From Amphiscolops sp. MND2022 (Eukaryota), in the NCBI GenBank assembly GCA_964187785.1, contig OZ076409.1:87236001-87300000 (forward strand): 64,000 nt of DNA, written 5' to 3'. The number at the start of each line of letters is the position of its first letter. The first letter of the stretch is position 1. Below, piece by piece: positions 28,801 through 37,402 of the stretch. The translations under genes and the position numbers were made by a program. The notes under the pieces are model-generated. The model was not told the DNA's origin. It was given only the letters and a program-made list of their open reading frames with translations, and made no database searches.

Positions 28801-29095
28801 AATCGAAACTGCACTCTGTAGCAAGCTCGATAAATGTGATAGAAATGAAAGCACCTGGTAGAGTTGTTTCGTTGCGCTCAATAAGCCATTCACAATGAGC
28901 TGAATTGATTGCGTCTTCCCCATCTGAGATTTGCCCGTGAGCTCCATCTTCCGACAAAATAATGTGAACGGGTCCATTGTCTGTACAGCTGCTACCTTCA
29001 GCCGAACAGAACTTGAGAAATTGAGAGGTAAGAAGCAGTGAAGTTATGAGGAGAGAGGCTGTCAGACTGAGAGACGATATTACATAAGGTTTCAT
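876..29095 (-). CDS. MEGF8: Multiple EGF-like domains protein 8 (MEGF8/attractin family), spliced gene, 3'-partial (continues left of the window)
   Basis: 12 exons with GT-AG boundaries and matching phases give 7605 nt with no stop. Domain order signal peptide, CUB, EGF, Kelch, PSI, EGF/laminin-EGF, second CUB, EGF, second Kelch set, PSI, Ca-EGF, laminin-EGF matches MEGF8. Attractin has only one CUB/Kelch module. Confidence 0.88.
2380..2558. mobile_element. hAT-like MITE with CCGG subterminal repeats
   Basis: TIRs TAGGGATGTACCG / CGGTACATCCCTA; imperfect 8-bp flanks cttttata / ctactata. Confidence 0.7.
3282..3345 (-). pseudogene. tRNA-derived (SINE-head-like) fragment
   Basis: Minus strand has A-box TGGCGTAGTGG, loop CTGTAAA and B-box GGTTCGAATC, but the acceptor stem does not pair. 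Similar B-box relics at ~10246-10265, ~11330-11350 and ~28140-28160. Confidence 0.5.
4368..4845 (-). mobile_element. Non-autonomous Helentron (HINE/DINE-1-like) copy
   Basis: Begins AAACAAGCCGGGACCGGCCCAAGTCGGCGCC on +; ends with palindromic TAGTCG...CGACT followed by an A-run. Confidence 0.72.
5180..9813 (-). CDS. MEGF8: MEGF8-like exon 11, 4634 nt (PSI, EGF, laminin-EGF, CUB, Kelch, PSI)
   Basis: Core of ORF 5176..9852; acceptor TTTCAG|GAA, donor AA|GTAAGA; many C-x-x-C...CGWC PSI repeats, YYGDP laminin-EGF, Kelch GG motifs. Confidence 0.93.
12546..12728 (-). CDS. MEGF8: MEGF8-like exon 10 (PSI domain), not in the ORF track
   Basis: TTTTCAG|GCT ... AAG|GTTTGA; reads ...PCKKVNNRTACLGHPECAWCKNKEGMGYDSCMHR, a PSI cysteine pattern. 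Confidence 0.87.
13437..13797. mobile_element. hAT-like MITE
   Basis: TIRs CAGAGCTTTGACACCGCT / AGCGATGTCAAAACTCTG; repeated (A)TTAGCG subterminal motifs. Confidence 0.6.
14031..14111 (-). CDS. MEGF8: MEGF8-like exon 9 (81-nt linker, symmetric phase 0)
   Basis: TTGCAG|ATG ... ACG|GTAAGT; open frame MFNSGHEPIIVRKLSSDSRKGTDSFPT; could be skipped without a frameshift. Confidence 0.6.
15340..15755. mobile_element. Degenerate TIR element (MITE)
   Basis: AAAATAGCCGATTTTGAAAATGGGACAA is inverted relative to TTGTCCTACATTCAAAATCGGCTATTTG. Confidence 0.45.
15968..16095 (-). CDS. MEGF8: MEGF8-like exon 8 (Kelch)
   Basis: TTTTCAG|AC acceptor; RYGHVMLTLTNDVLVVIGGFDG; donor AAG|GTATGG, phase 0. Confidence 0.88.
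16708..16773 (-). CDS. Candidate 66-nt phase-1 cassette exon of the MEGF8-like gene
   Basis: CTCTTTTCAG|AG ... GAC C|GTAAGA; open frame (E)LTEEQTPLSSRDKKALNGLYD; symmetric phase 1. Confidence 0.55.
18490..18560 (+). repeat. (GAT)n microsatellite patches
   Basis: Two (GAT)4-6 runs. Confidence 0.6.
19050..19100 (-). CDS. Candidate 51-nt phase-1 cassette exon of the MEGF8-like gene
   Basis: TTTCTTTCAG|TG ... AAG G|GTATGT; open frame (V)YIFDDAKQKFRDYSVK; symmetric phase 1, matching the flanking exons. Confidence 0.55.
20329..20394 (-). CDS. Candidate 66-nt phase-1 cassette exon of the MEGF8-like gene
   Basis: TTTACAG|CT acceptor, open frame (A)DERIKFLIMDIKDLLRKEKTS, possible donor A|GTAGGT; no homology support. 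Confidence 0.3.
21024..21158 (-). CDS. MEGF8: MEGF8-like exon 7 (Kelch)
   Basis: ATTTAG|GT acceptor; GGTAYSH...CYTNDLYFLHLDCMLW; donor G|GTAAGA, phase 1. Confidence 0.85.
21494..21645 (-). CDS. MEGF8: MEGF8-like exon 6 (Kelch)
   Basis: TTGTAG|A acceptor (phase 2); AYHTAVILGNYMVIFG; donor G|GTATGA. Confidence 0.87.
22374..22810 (-). mobile_element. Non-autonomous Helentron (HINE/DINE-1-like) copy
   Basis: AACAAGCCGGGAACGGCCTAAGTCGGCGCC ... TAGTCGCGTTTCACTTCATGAAACACCGACTAAAAA. Confidence 0.72.
24092..24281 (-). CDS. MEGF8: MEGF8-like exon 5 (Kelch)
   Basis: TTTTAG|GC acceptor; LVGHSTVYVERYQSLFIFGGF; donor AA|GTTAGT, phase 2. Confidence 0.87.
25025..25603 (+). mobile_element. Full-length non-autonomous Helentron (HINE/DINE-1-like) copy
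   Basis: 5' TTTTTAGTCGGCGC (subTIR plus palindrome ending GCGACTA); 3' GCGCCGACT subTIR followed by GCCGCTCCCGGC stem-loop and TTGTT; T-run flanks, no TSD. Confidence 0.78.
25671..26025 (-). mobile_element. Non-autonomous Helentron copy, inverted relative to its neighbour
   Basis: Same family; ends TAGTCGCGTTTCACTTCATGAAGCGCCGACTAAAA. Partial ends of the family also at ~24878-24930, ~26305-26346 and ~27661-27720. Confidence 0.68.
26645..26743 (-). CDS. MEGF8: MEGF8-like exon 4 (Kelch), not in the ORF track
   Basis: TTTTAG|TG ... G|GTATGT, 99 nt; reads (L)DKIWRSLSGNPWLDVSGHTATLVGKCEIFVIG(G), a Kelch blade. Confidence 0.88.
26997..27396 (-). CDS. MEGF8: MEGF8-like exon 3 (EGF end + Kelch repeats)
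   Basis: GTGCAG|GAC acceptor; CKCRPHHIGETC, IYTFGGFD, GHTMTAINHEIVVIGG; donor C|GTTAGA, phase 1. Confidence 0.88.
28380..28631 (-). CDS. MEGF8: MEGF8-like exon 2 (CUB end + EGF)
   Basis: TTTCAG|CTA after a 68-nt intron; LYIHMFSDTNY..GFRANF, CPNNCSGHGKC; donor GGG|GTGAGA. Confidence 0.9.
28700..29095 (-). CDS. MEGF8: MEGF8-like exon 1 (signal peptide + CUB)
   Basis: ATG at 29095, hydrophobic MKPYVISSLSLTASLLITSLLL, CUB motifs CEWLI, TECSFDYVFVRDG, SSSGK; donor AAA|GTTAGT, phase 0. Confidence 0.9.
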
Positions 29096-29285
29096 CTTTC
29101 GACGATTGCACGGTACACATTACGTTTACAAAATTAAATAAACAGCTAATAAATATATAGTAGCATTTCAACCCTAAAATGTCAAAACTAGATCAACATG
29201 AGCTATTTCAGAATAATGAGAATTTCAAAAACATTCAAGGCGAAACTAAAACCATGACAATCATTTCCGAATGCACAACAAAAAT

Positions 29286-29702
29286 GGGATCTTGCTAATG
29301 CACCCCCCCCCCCAGCCTACTGGCAAAAAATTAATCGGTCCCCCAAAATTTCAGCACAGAATATCCACCTACGCAGAAATAGTAATTCCCATATTAAAAC
29401 GTATTGCTCGCACTTTTGCACGATGTTGTGAACAGAAAATAGTATTCATGTCAGAAAGCATGAGTCAGCTTCGTTTCACACTTGTGTGAACAAGACAAAG
29501 CGATCATTGATTCGAAAAGGAAGTTTTTTACTTGCGCTGCATAAACTACTTGAAAAAACCTCAAAAACTTTTCGTCACTTCTGAAAAAAATGGCCACCTC
29601 GTAAAATAGTTCGGTCCGAAATTATTACCGAAACAATAACTACCTATCAATTTTTACACTGAAAATACGAAATGGGGGGGGGGCATTAGCAAACAAGATC
29701 CC
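29286..29702. mobile_element. MITE just upstream of the MEGF8 start codon (second copy ~32360-32773)
   Basis: TIRs GGGATCTTG..CTAATGC(A)CCCCCCCCC / GGGGGGGGGCATTAG..CAAGATCCC; both flanks read AAAAAT (6-bp TSD). Confidence 0.7.
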
Positions 29703-29866
29703 AAAAATGTTACAACAACTCAAGACCTGCATGACACAGTAATCGAGTAGCACCCGGAAGATTGTCATGTTTAGGACAGCCCTCCCTCGTGAACAATGTC
29801 TGCAGTCTCCGACGGAGCTACAGGGAAGGTCACAACATCCACGCTTCAAGCAGTTTGTTTCTGACA

Positions 29867-30212
29867 GGGTGGCTGTAAATAGGTCGAATTTTTCTGGTCA
29901 AAAGGACAGAGGTCGAACCTTTTGAACGAAATGCAGGGATCGAATGGAATGCGGTCGAATTTTATCGTATTTGTTGTATGGCTCGGTCGCTTCGCTCCCT
30001 TCGCCAAGTAGCAACATTGAGGCATGGCCATATGGCACGTCGCTCCGCTTCGCTTCGCTCCTGCATTCAAGGCACTAGGGGTATGTGAACATATCTGACT
30101 ACGTTATAAAAAATTCGATCCGAGTTGTTTCGATCCCATTCAAAAATTTGGTATGTTGACCTGACTAACTCTGATTTTCGATCCCGTTCCTTCGAACTAT
30201 TTCCGCCCACCC
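29867..30212. mobile_element. Mutator-like MITE with TCGA subterminal repeats (second copy 32938-33283)
   Basis: TIRs GGGTGGCTGTAAATAGGTCGAA / TTCGAACTATTTCCGCCCACCC; perfect 9-bp TSD TTTCTGACA. Confidence 0.8.
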
Positions 30213-30251
30213 TTTCTGACAGATTTAAGAAGAAATGGGAAACTATTCTAC

Positions 30252-30590
30252 TTGAAAGTTTCTGTCAAAACGCTACGTGTTGTTCTAATGGATGATTTTG
30301 AAGTACGCGAAGTATTATTCAGAAGTAAAAAGAGCAAAACCGATATTTGTCCCTATTGTAGAGTTGTCGATGATACTGCACATTTATTTTCCTGTGTCTC
30401 ATACCAAGAACACCGAAGGAGTTTCATTAAGGAGCATCAAAATCAAAACATTGACGAAACGCTAGTTGGTTTGCTAAATTGCGAAAACAAGCATGTTATA
30501 AACGCGTTGGCTGGCTTTATTGCAAGCATCGATTAATTCTTATAACCCTGCAATCCTCACTTGCCTTCCTTCTGTCAATTCTATTAAATA
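30252..30590 (+). mobile_element. 3' fragment of a non-LTR retrotransposon (C-terminal zinc knuckle; second copy 33323-33660)
   Basis: CPYCRVVDDTAHLFSC matches the Cx2C...H...C motif at the end of LINE ORF2. Confidence 0.6.
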
Positions 30591-30603
30591 GTTTCATATT
30601 ATG

Positions 30604-30849
30604 GGGTGAACAGAAATGGGTCGAATCGGCCTCCTGTGCCATGGGTCGAATCTTCACCGTTTCGGAATTGGGTCGAATGGACTTGGGTCGACCTTGAAAA
30701 ATGCCAAGTTCTAGGGAGACAACATATTGATTTCGACCCAATTCCATTCGATCCAATTCGACCTCAGTCAATTCGACCTAAGTTATTCGACCAAAAGGGT
30801 CGACCTAATTCTTTTCGACCTATTTCATTCGACCCATTTCATGCAATCC
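30604..30849. mobile_element. Mutator-like MITE with GGTCGAA/TTCGACC arrays (second copy 33675-33920)
   Basis: Inverted ends GGG..GAAATGGGTCGAAT / ATTCGACCCATTTC..CC; 9-bp flanking duplication CATATTATG. Confidence 0.72.
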
Positions 30850-30860
30850 CATATTATGAT

Positions 30861-32144
30861 ATGAGTGCTCAAAACTCAAAACAAGGAACCAACTCCAGAA
30901 GTGCCGTTGCAAATTGTTCATGCAAAAAAGTAGTGAAGGACGATGACCCATCAAGGATTGGATGCCATGGATGTGTGAAATGGTTTCATGGCCAATGTGT
31001 CTCACTCTCCGATGATGAAGTCAAATGGCTGGGCTCCAGGATGAACTGCCTCTGGATGTGCGATGCCTGTCTGGAAAGCAATTCACCTATCCTACCCGAA
31101 GCTAAGTCTCTTTCATTACAAAATGATAACATAACAACCTATTTAAAATCCATCAGTGGTAAAATCGATTCCCTTCGTGAAGTTGCTTCGAACCAAAACT
31201 CCAAAAACTTGGCAGATTCTCCTGCTAACAAATCTCAACTAAAAGATGTTGTGGAAAAAAGTCTAGAGGAAAAACTGCCAGAGGTTATAGCAAAATCGTT
31301 TAAAGACTCCATTAATACGAATGTTTCGAATAATGATCGTCCTCAAAGTAATGCCTCCAGTGTCCAATTTATTATCACTGGTGTACCCGAAGCCACTGGT
31401 TCATTATCTGATCTCCACGAATCTGACTACAGTCATGTGAATAGTATCATTAGCTTTTTGAATGAAAAGTCAGAGGGCAAAATCAAATCCATTCGTCGAC
31501 TCGGCAAAAGGAAAAACGAAACTGATACAAACTCGTCCTCAAAAGTGTGGCGAAGACCTTTACTGGTAACATGTGAAAATGACCGTGGTTGGTTTATGGA
31601 AAGATGCTTCCAAAAGAGCTACAAACTCCAACAATTCGATTATCCTGTATATTTGAAAAAGTTTCTCACTTCAGTGAGAGGTCACTGGAGAAAAAGGTTC
31701 TATGCAAACGTTATTCCATGATCCATGAAGAAAACGCTGACAAGCATGACTTCAAAATCAAAAATTTGGTTCTCTATTATAAAGGAAAAGCAGTTAAGAG
31801 TTCTGATAAATGACCCTCTGTCCTAAATGCCGCTGTCACAAACTGTCAATCGCTGAAAAGTTCTTCTAAACAACAAAAACTAATGAGTCTAATTGTAGCC
31901 CATGATATCCAATTTTTAATTCTGTGCGAAACCTTTCTACATACTGATATAAAGACCTCTGAAGTCATTCAAGGTTCCTGCTTTAAAGAGAGTGACCGTA
32001 CTGATCGCAACAAAGGAGAACATGGTGGACTACTTATTGTTGCCAACCCATATTATCCAGCGAAAGTTACTGATTTCTCGATTTTGAAATTCTCCAAATT
32101 TAGCATTGGCTGTTTAGTGACCTGTCGCAGTTTAGTGACCTGTC
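30861..32144 (+). pseudogene. Truncated duplicate of the CR1-like LINE 5' half (frameshifted ORF1 + start of endonuclease)
   Basis: Copy of 33932-35205 with a 1-nt deletion near 31675; ends at the duplication junction. Confidence 0.85.
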
Positions 32145-33931
32145 GAGACGACATTACATAAGGTTTCATCTTTCGACGATTGCACGGTACACATTACGTT
32201 TACAAAATTAAATAAACAGCTAATAATTATATAGTAGCATTTCAACCCTAAAATGTCAAAACTAGATCAACATGAGCTATTTCAGAATAATGAGAATTTC
32301 AAAAACATTCAAGGCGAAACTAAAACCATGACAATCATTTCCGAATGCACAACAAAAATGGGATCTTGCTAATGCACCCCCCCCCCAGCCTACTGGCAAA
32401 AAATTAATCGGTCCCCCAAAATTTCAGCACAGAATATCCACCTACGCAGAAATAGTAATTCCCATATTAAAACGTATTGCTCGCACTTTTGCACGATGTT
32501 GTGAACAGAAAGTAGTATTCATGTCAGAAAGCATGAGTCAGCTTCGTTTCACACTTGTGTGAACAAGACAAAGCGATCATTGATTCGAAAAGGAAGTTTT
32601 TTACTTGCGCTGCATAAACTACTTGAAAAAACCTCAAAAACTTTTCGTCACTTCTGAAAAAAATGGCCACCTCGTAAAATAGTTCGGTCCGAAATTATTA
32701 CCGAAACAATAACTACCTATCAATTTTTACACTGAAAATACGAAATGGGGGGGGCATTAGCAAACAAGATCCCAAAAATGTTACAACAACTCAAGACCTG
32801 CATGACACAGTAATCGAGTAGCACCCGGAAGATTGTCATGTTTAGGACAGCCCTCCCTCGTGAACAATGTCTGCAGTCTCCGACGGAGCTACAGGGAAGG
32901 TCACAACATCCACGCTTCAAGCAGTTTGTTTCTGACAGGGTGGCTGTAAATAGGTCGAATTTTTCTGGTCAAAAGGACAGAGGTCGAACCTTTTGAACGA
33001 AATGCAGGGATCGAATGGAATGCGGTCGAATTTTATCGTATTTGTTGTATGGCTCGGTCGCTTCGCTCCCTTCGCCAAGTAGCAACATTGAGGCATGGCC
33101 ATATGGCACGTCGCTCCGCTTCGCTTCGCTCCTGCATTCAAGGCACTAGGGGTATGTGAACATATCTGACTACGTTATAAAAAATTCGATCCGAGTTGTT
33201 TCGATCCCATTCAAAAATTTGGTATGTTGAACTGACTAACTCTGATTTTCGATCCCGTTCCTTCGAACTATTTCCGCCCACCCTTTCTGACAGATTTAAG
33301 AAGAAATAGGAAACTATTCTACTTGAAAGTTTCTGTCAAAACGCTACGTGTTGTTCTAATGGATGATTTTGAAGTACGCGAAGTATTATTCAGAAGTAAA
33401 AAGAGCAAAACCGATATTTGTCCCTATTGTAGAGTTGTCGATGATACTGCACATTTATTTTCCTGTGTCTCATACCAAGAACACCGAAGGAGTTTCATTA
33501 AGGAGCATCAAAATCAAAACATTGACGAAACGCTAGTTGGTTTGCTAAATTGCGAAAACAAGCATGTTATAAACGCGTTGGCTGGCTTTATTGCAAGCAT
33601 CGATTAATTCTTATAACCCTGCAATCCTCACTTGCCTTCCTTCTGTCAATTCTATTAAATAGTTTCATATTATGGGGTGAACAGAAATGGGTCGAATCGG
33701 CCTCCTGTGCCATGGGTCGAATCTTCACCGTTTCGGAATTGGGTCGAATGGACTTGGGTCGACCTTGAAAAATGCCAAGTTCTAGGGAGACAACATATTG
33801 ATTTCGACCCAATTCCATTCGATCCAATTCGACCTCAGTCAATTGGACCTAAGTTATTCGACCAAAAGGGTCGACCTAATTCTTTTCGACCTATTTCATT
33901 CGACCCATTTCATGCAATCCCATATTATGAT

Positions 33932-34885
33932 ATGAGTGCTCAAAACTCAAAACAAGGAACCAACTCCAGAAGTGCCGTTGCAAATTGTTCATGCAAAAAA
34001 GTAGTGAAGGACGATGACCCATCAAGGATTGGATGCCATGGATGTGTGAAATGGTTTCATGGCCAATGTGTCTCACTCTCCGATGATGAAGTCAAATGGC
34101 TGGGCTCCAGGATGAACTGCCTCTGGATGTGCGATGCCTGTCTGGAAAGCAATTCACCTATCCTACCCGAAGCTAAGTCTCTTTCATTACAAAATGATAA
34201 CATAACAACCTATTTAAAATCCATCAGTGGTAAAATCGATTCCCTTCGTGAAGTTGCTTCGAACCAAAACTCCAAAAACTTGGCAGATTCTCCTGCTAAC
34301 AAATCTCAACTAAAAGATGTTGTGGAAAAAAGTCTAGAGGAAAAACTGCCAGAGGTTATAGCAAAATCGTTTAAAGACTCCATTAATACGAATGTTTCGA
34401 ATAATGATCGTCCTCAAAGTAATGCCTCCAGTGTCCAATTTATTATCACTGGTGTACCCGAAGCCACTGGTCCATTATCTGATCTCCACGAATCTGACTA
34501 CAGTCATGTGAATAGTATCATTAGCTTTTTGAATGAAAAGTCAGAGGGCAAAATCAAATCCATTCGTCGACTCGGCAAAAGGAAAAACGAAACTGATACA
34601 AACTCGTCCTCAAAAGTGTGGCGAAGACCTTTACTGGTAACATGTGAAAATGACCGTGGTTGGTTTATGGAAAGATGCCTCCAAAAGAGCTACAAACTCC
34701 AACAATTCGATTATCCTGTATATTTGAAAAAGTTTCTCACTTCAGCTGAGAGGTCACTGGAGAAAAAGGTTCTATGCAAACGTTATTCCATGATCCATGA
34801 AGAAAACGCTGACAAGCATGACTTCAAAATCAAAAATTTGGTTCGCTATTATAAAGGAAAAGCAGTTAAGAGTTCTGATAAATGA
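33932..34885 (+). CDS. LINE ORF1 protein with N-terminal PHD finger (317 aa)
   Basis: CSCKK...IGCHGCVKWFHGQC...WMCDAC PHD; later IITGVPE, IRRLGK, RRPLLV motifs typical of CR1/L2-group ORF1. Confidence 0.85.
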   Translation: MSAQNSKQGTNSRSAVANCSCKKVVKDDDPSRIGCHGCVKWFHGQCVSLSDDEVKWLGSRMNCLWMCDACLESNSPILPEAKSLSLQNDNITTYLKSISGKIDSLREVASNQNSKNLADSPANKSQLKDVVEKSLEEKLPEVIAKSFKDSINTNVSNNDRPQSNASSVQFIITGVPEATGPLSDLHESDYSHVNSIISFLNEKSEGKIKSIRRLGKRKNETDTNSSSKVWRRPLLVTCENDRGWFMERCLQKSYKLQQFDYPVYLKKFLTSAERSLEKKVLCKRYSMIHEENADKHDFKIKNLVRYYKGKAVKSSDK

Positions 34886-35886
34886 CCCTCTGTCCTAAAT
34901 GCCGCTGTCACAAACTGTCAATCGCTGAAAAGTTCTTCTAAACAACAAAAACTAATGAGTCTAATCGTAGCCCATGATATCCAATTTTTAATTCTGTGCG
35001 AAACCTTTCTACATACTGATATAAAGACCTCTGAAGTCATTCAAGGTTCCTGCTTTAAAGAGAGTGACCGTACTGATCGCAACAAAGGGGAACATGGTGG
35101 ACTACTTATTGTTGCCAACCCATATTATCCAGCGAAAGTTACTGATTTCTCGATTTTGAAATTCTCCAAATTTATTTAGCATTGGCTGTTCAGTGACCTG
35201 TCGCAGTTCTTGTTCCATGTATGTATTAATCTACAACCCTCCAATAGGTTCACCATACAGAGAACCCTACTCATTAATAGTGGAATGCCTCCATGCATAC
35301 ATAAGTGAATTCCAAACTCACTGCTTGACAAATGGCATACAATACTTCTCTGACAACGTGCACTTTGTCGGTGATTTTAATTTTCCTGGAATTAACTGGA
35401 AAACCCTGAAAGGATCAACATCTCATGAAAAGGATTTCATTGTTTTTCTGTTAGATCTGCATCTAACGCAACTAGTTACGGAAAGGACTCTTGTAAATGG
35501 CAACACCCTTGATCTTGTCAGTACAAATTGCTCTGAAACCTATTATTCTGTCCACTCTGAGAACTTTTCCGATCATTTTCCAGCATTTGTCTACACACGA
35601 ATAAACTCCCCCAAAATGCTACAGTCTCTTCCAACTGGCAAACAATACAGTCGATCCTCTTTAAATCTGGCAATATTCAACGAAAATCTTAACCCATTTC
35701 ATAACATTCTTTCCAACTGTTTCGCTTTTCCGCACAATTTTGTCGAGATATGGTACTAATATTTCCATGACGTCATGGAAAAACCGCTCTCTTAAAAACG
35801 TAAAAAGCGCCAATTATATCCATATTACTTCTCATCTCATACTATCCTTATAGCAAATTGTGAAAACACTTTACAAAGAAAATTCG

Positions 35887-37402
35887 ATAAAAATTGGAAC
35901 GCCTCTCATGCAGCTTCTCTCAATATCTGTGAACACAATCTATCTTTCTCCATTGAATTAGACAAAGCCTCTTTAGTTGAAAACCTACATTTGAAAGATT
36001 CTAATCATTGTTTCAAGTTATTACGGTCTCTTAATTCAAAAAGGGGCTTACCAAATACGCTCCAAAATGGTGATAATACATCAGCTGACGATTTTTCAAA
36101 ATGTGAACTGCTAAGTAAATATTTTGCCTCCGTCTACAAACCAGCTACTATGGTAAACCTTGAAAAAGTAAAACAGGTGGGTGAAGATTTTGTTTCTCCG
36201 GTAGTAATCACCGTGAAAAATGATACATCGGTAAAAATAGCAATAGAATCGAGGAAACAAAATGACAGCTGCATAAAAATTAGACACCGTGTGCCGAACT
36301 TGTAAGAACTGTTGAACCAAATCTCGGTAGAGATTACAAGAGACCGTACTAAAGAACTGAATATATCGAAAATCGATCTGGATTAGGCATACGGTCAAAT
36401 GAAACATCAAAAGAAACAAGCCGACAATGCGTATTCGCATTAACCGGTGGAATATTAAATGGATATCTCAATATCTGTGAACAAAATCTATCTTTCTCCA
36501 TTGAATTAGACAAAACCTCTTTAGTTGAAAACCTACATTTGAAAGATTCTAATCATTGTTTCAAGTTATTACGGTCTCTTAATTCAAAAAGGGGCTTACC
36601 AAATACGCTCCAAAATGGTGATAATACATCAGCTGACGATTTTTCAAAATGTGAACTGCTAAATAAATATTTTGCCTCAGTCTACAAACCAGCTACTATG
36701 GTAAACTTTGAAAAAGTAAAACAGGTCGGTGAAGATTTTGTTTCTCCGGTAGTAATCACCGTGAAAAACGATACATCGGTAAAAATACCAATAGACTCGA
36801 GGAAACAAAATGACAGCTGCATAAAAATTAGACACCGTGTGCCGAACTTGTAAGAACTTGTACAAAGAAAACTGGATAAAAATTGGAACGCCTCTCATGC
36901 AGCTTCTCTTAATATCTGTGAACAAAATCTATCTTTCTCCATTGAATTAGACAAAGCCTCTTTAGTTGAAAACCTACATTTGAAAGATTCTAATCATTGT
37001 TTCAAGTTATTACGGTCTCTTAATTCAAAAAGGGGCTTACCAAATACGCTCCAAAATGGTGATAATACATCAGCTGACGATTTTTCAAAATGTGAACTGC
37101 TAAATAAATATTTTGCCTCCGTCTACAAACCAGCTACTATGGTAAACCTTGAAAATCTATAAACCTTGAAAACAAAATCTATCTTTCTCCATTGAATTAG
37201 ACAAAGCCTCTTTAGTTGAAAACCTACATTTGAAAGATTCTAATCATTGTTTCAAGTTATTACGGTCTCTTAATTCAAAAAGGGGCTTACCAAATACGCT
37301 CCAAAATGGTGATAATACATCAGCTGACGATTTTTCAAAATGTGAACTGCTAAATAAATATTTTGCCTCCGTCTACAAACCAGCTACTATGGTAAACCTT
37401 GA
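35887..37402 (+). repeat. 4x internal repeat of a ~230-280 bp LINE ORF2 linker, with Gypsy RT fragments between units
   Basis: Units at ~35887-36163, 36466-36711, 36875-37152 and 37171-37402; foreign inserts at 36164-36465 and 36712-36860. Confidence 0.9.

Larger units (their letters stand above)
29071..35205 (+). repeat. Direct tandem duplication, unit ~3.07 kb (29071-32144 and 32145-~35205)
   Basis: Near-identical sequence at an offset of 3071-3074 (e.g. identical ORFs 29846/32917 and 30252/33323). Confidence 0.95.

Noticed and set aside
30606..30860. N-terminal extension of ORFs 30606..31721 and 33677..34885 (FDP-rich peptide)
   Set aside because: It is translated MITE sequence starting at a GTG; the real ORF1 begins at ATG 30861/33932.
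35887..37402. Repeat-spacer pattern resembling a CRISPR array
   Set aside because: Units are ~250 bp of LINE coding sequence, the 'spacers' are copies of one Gypsy fragment, and there are no cas genes.
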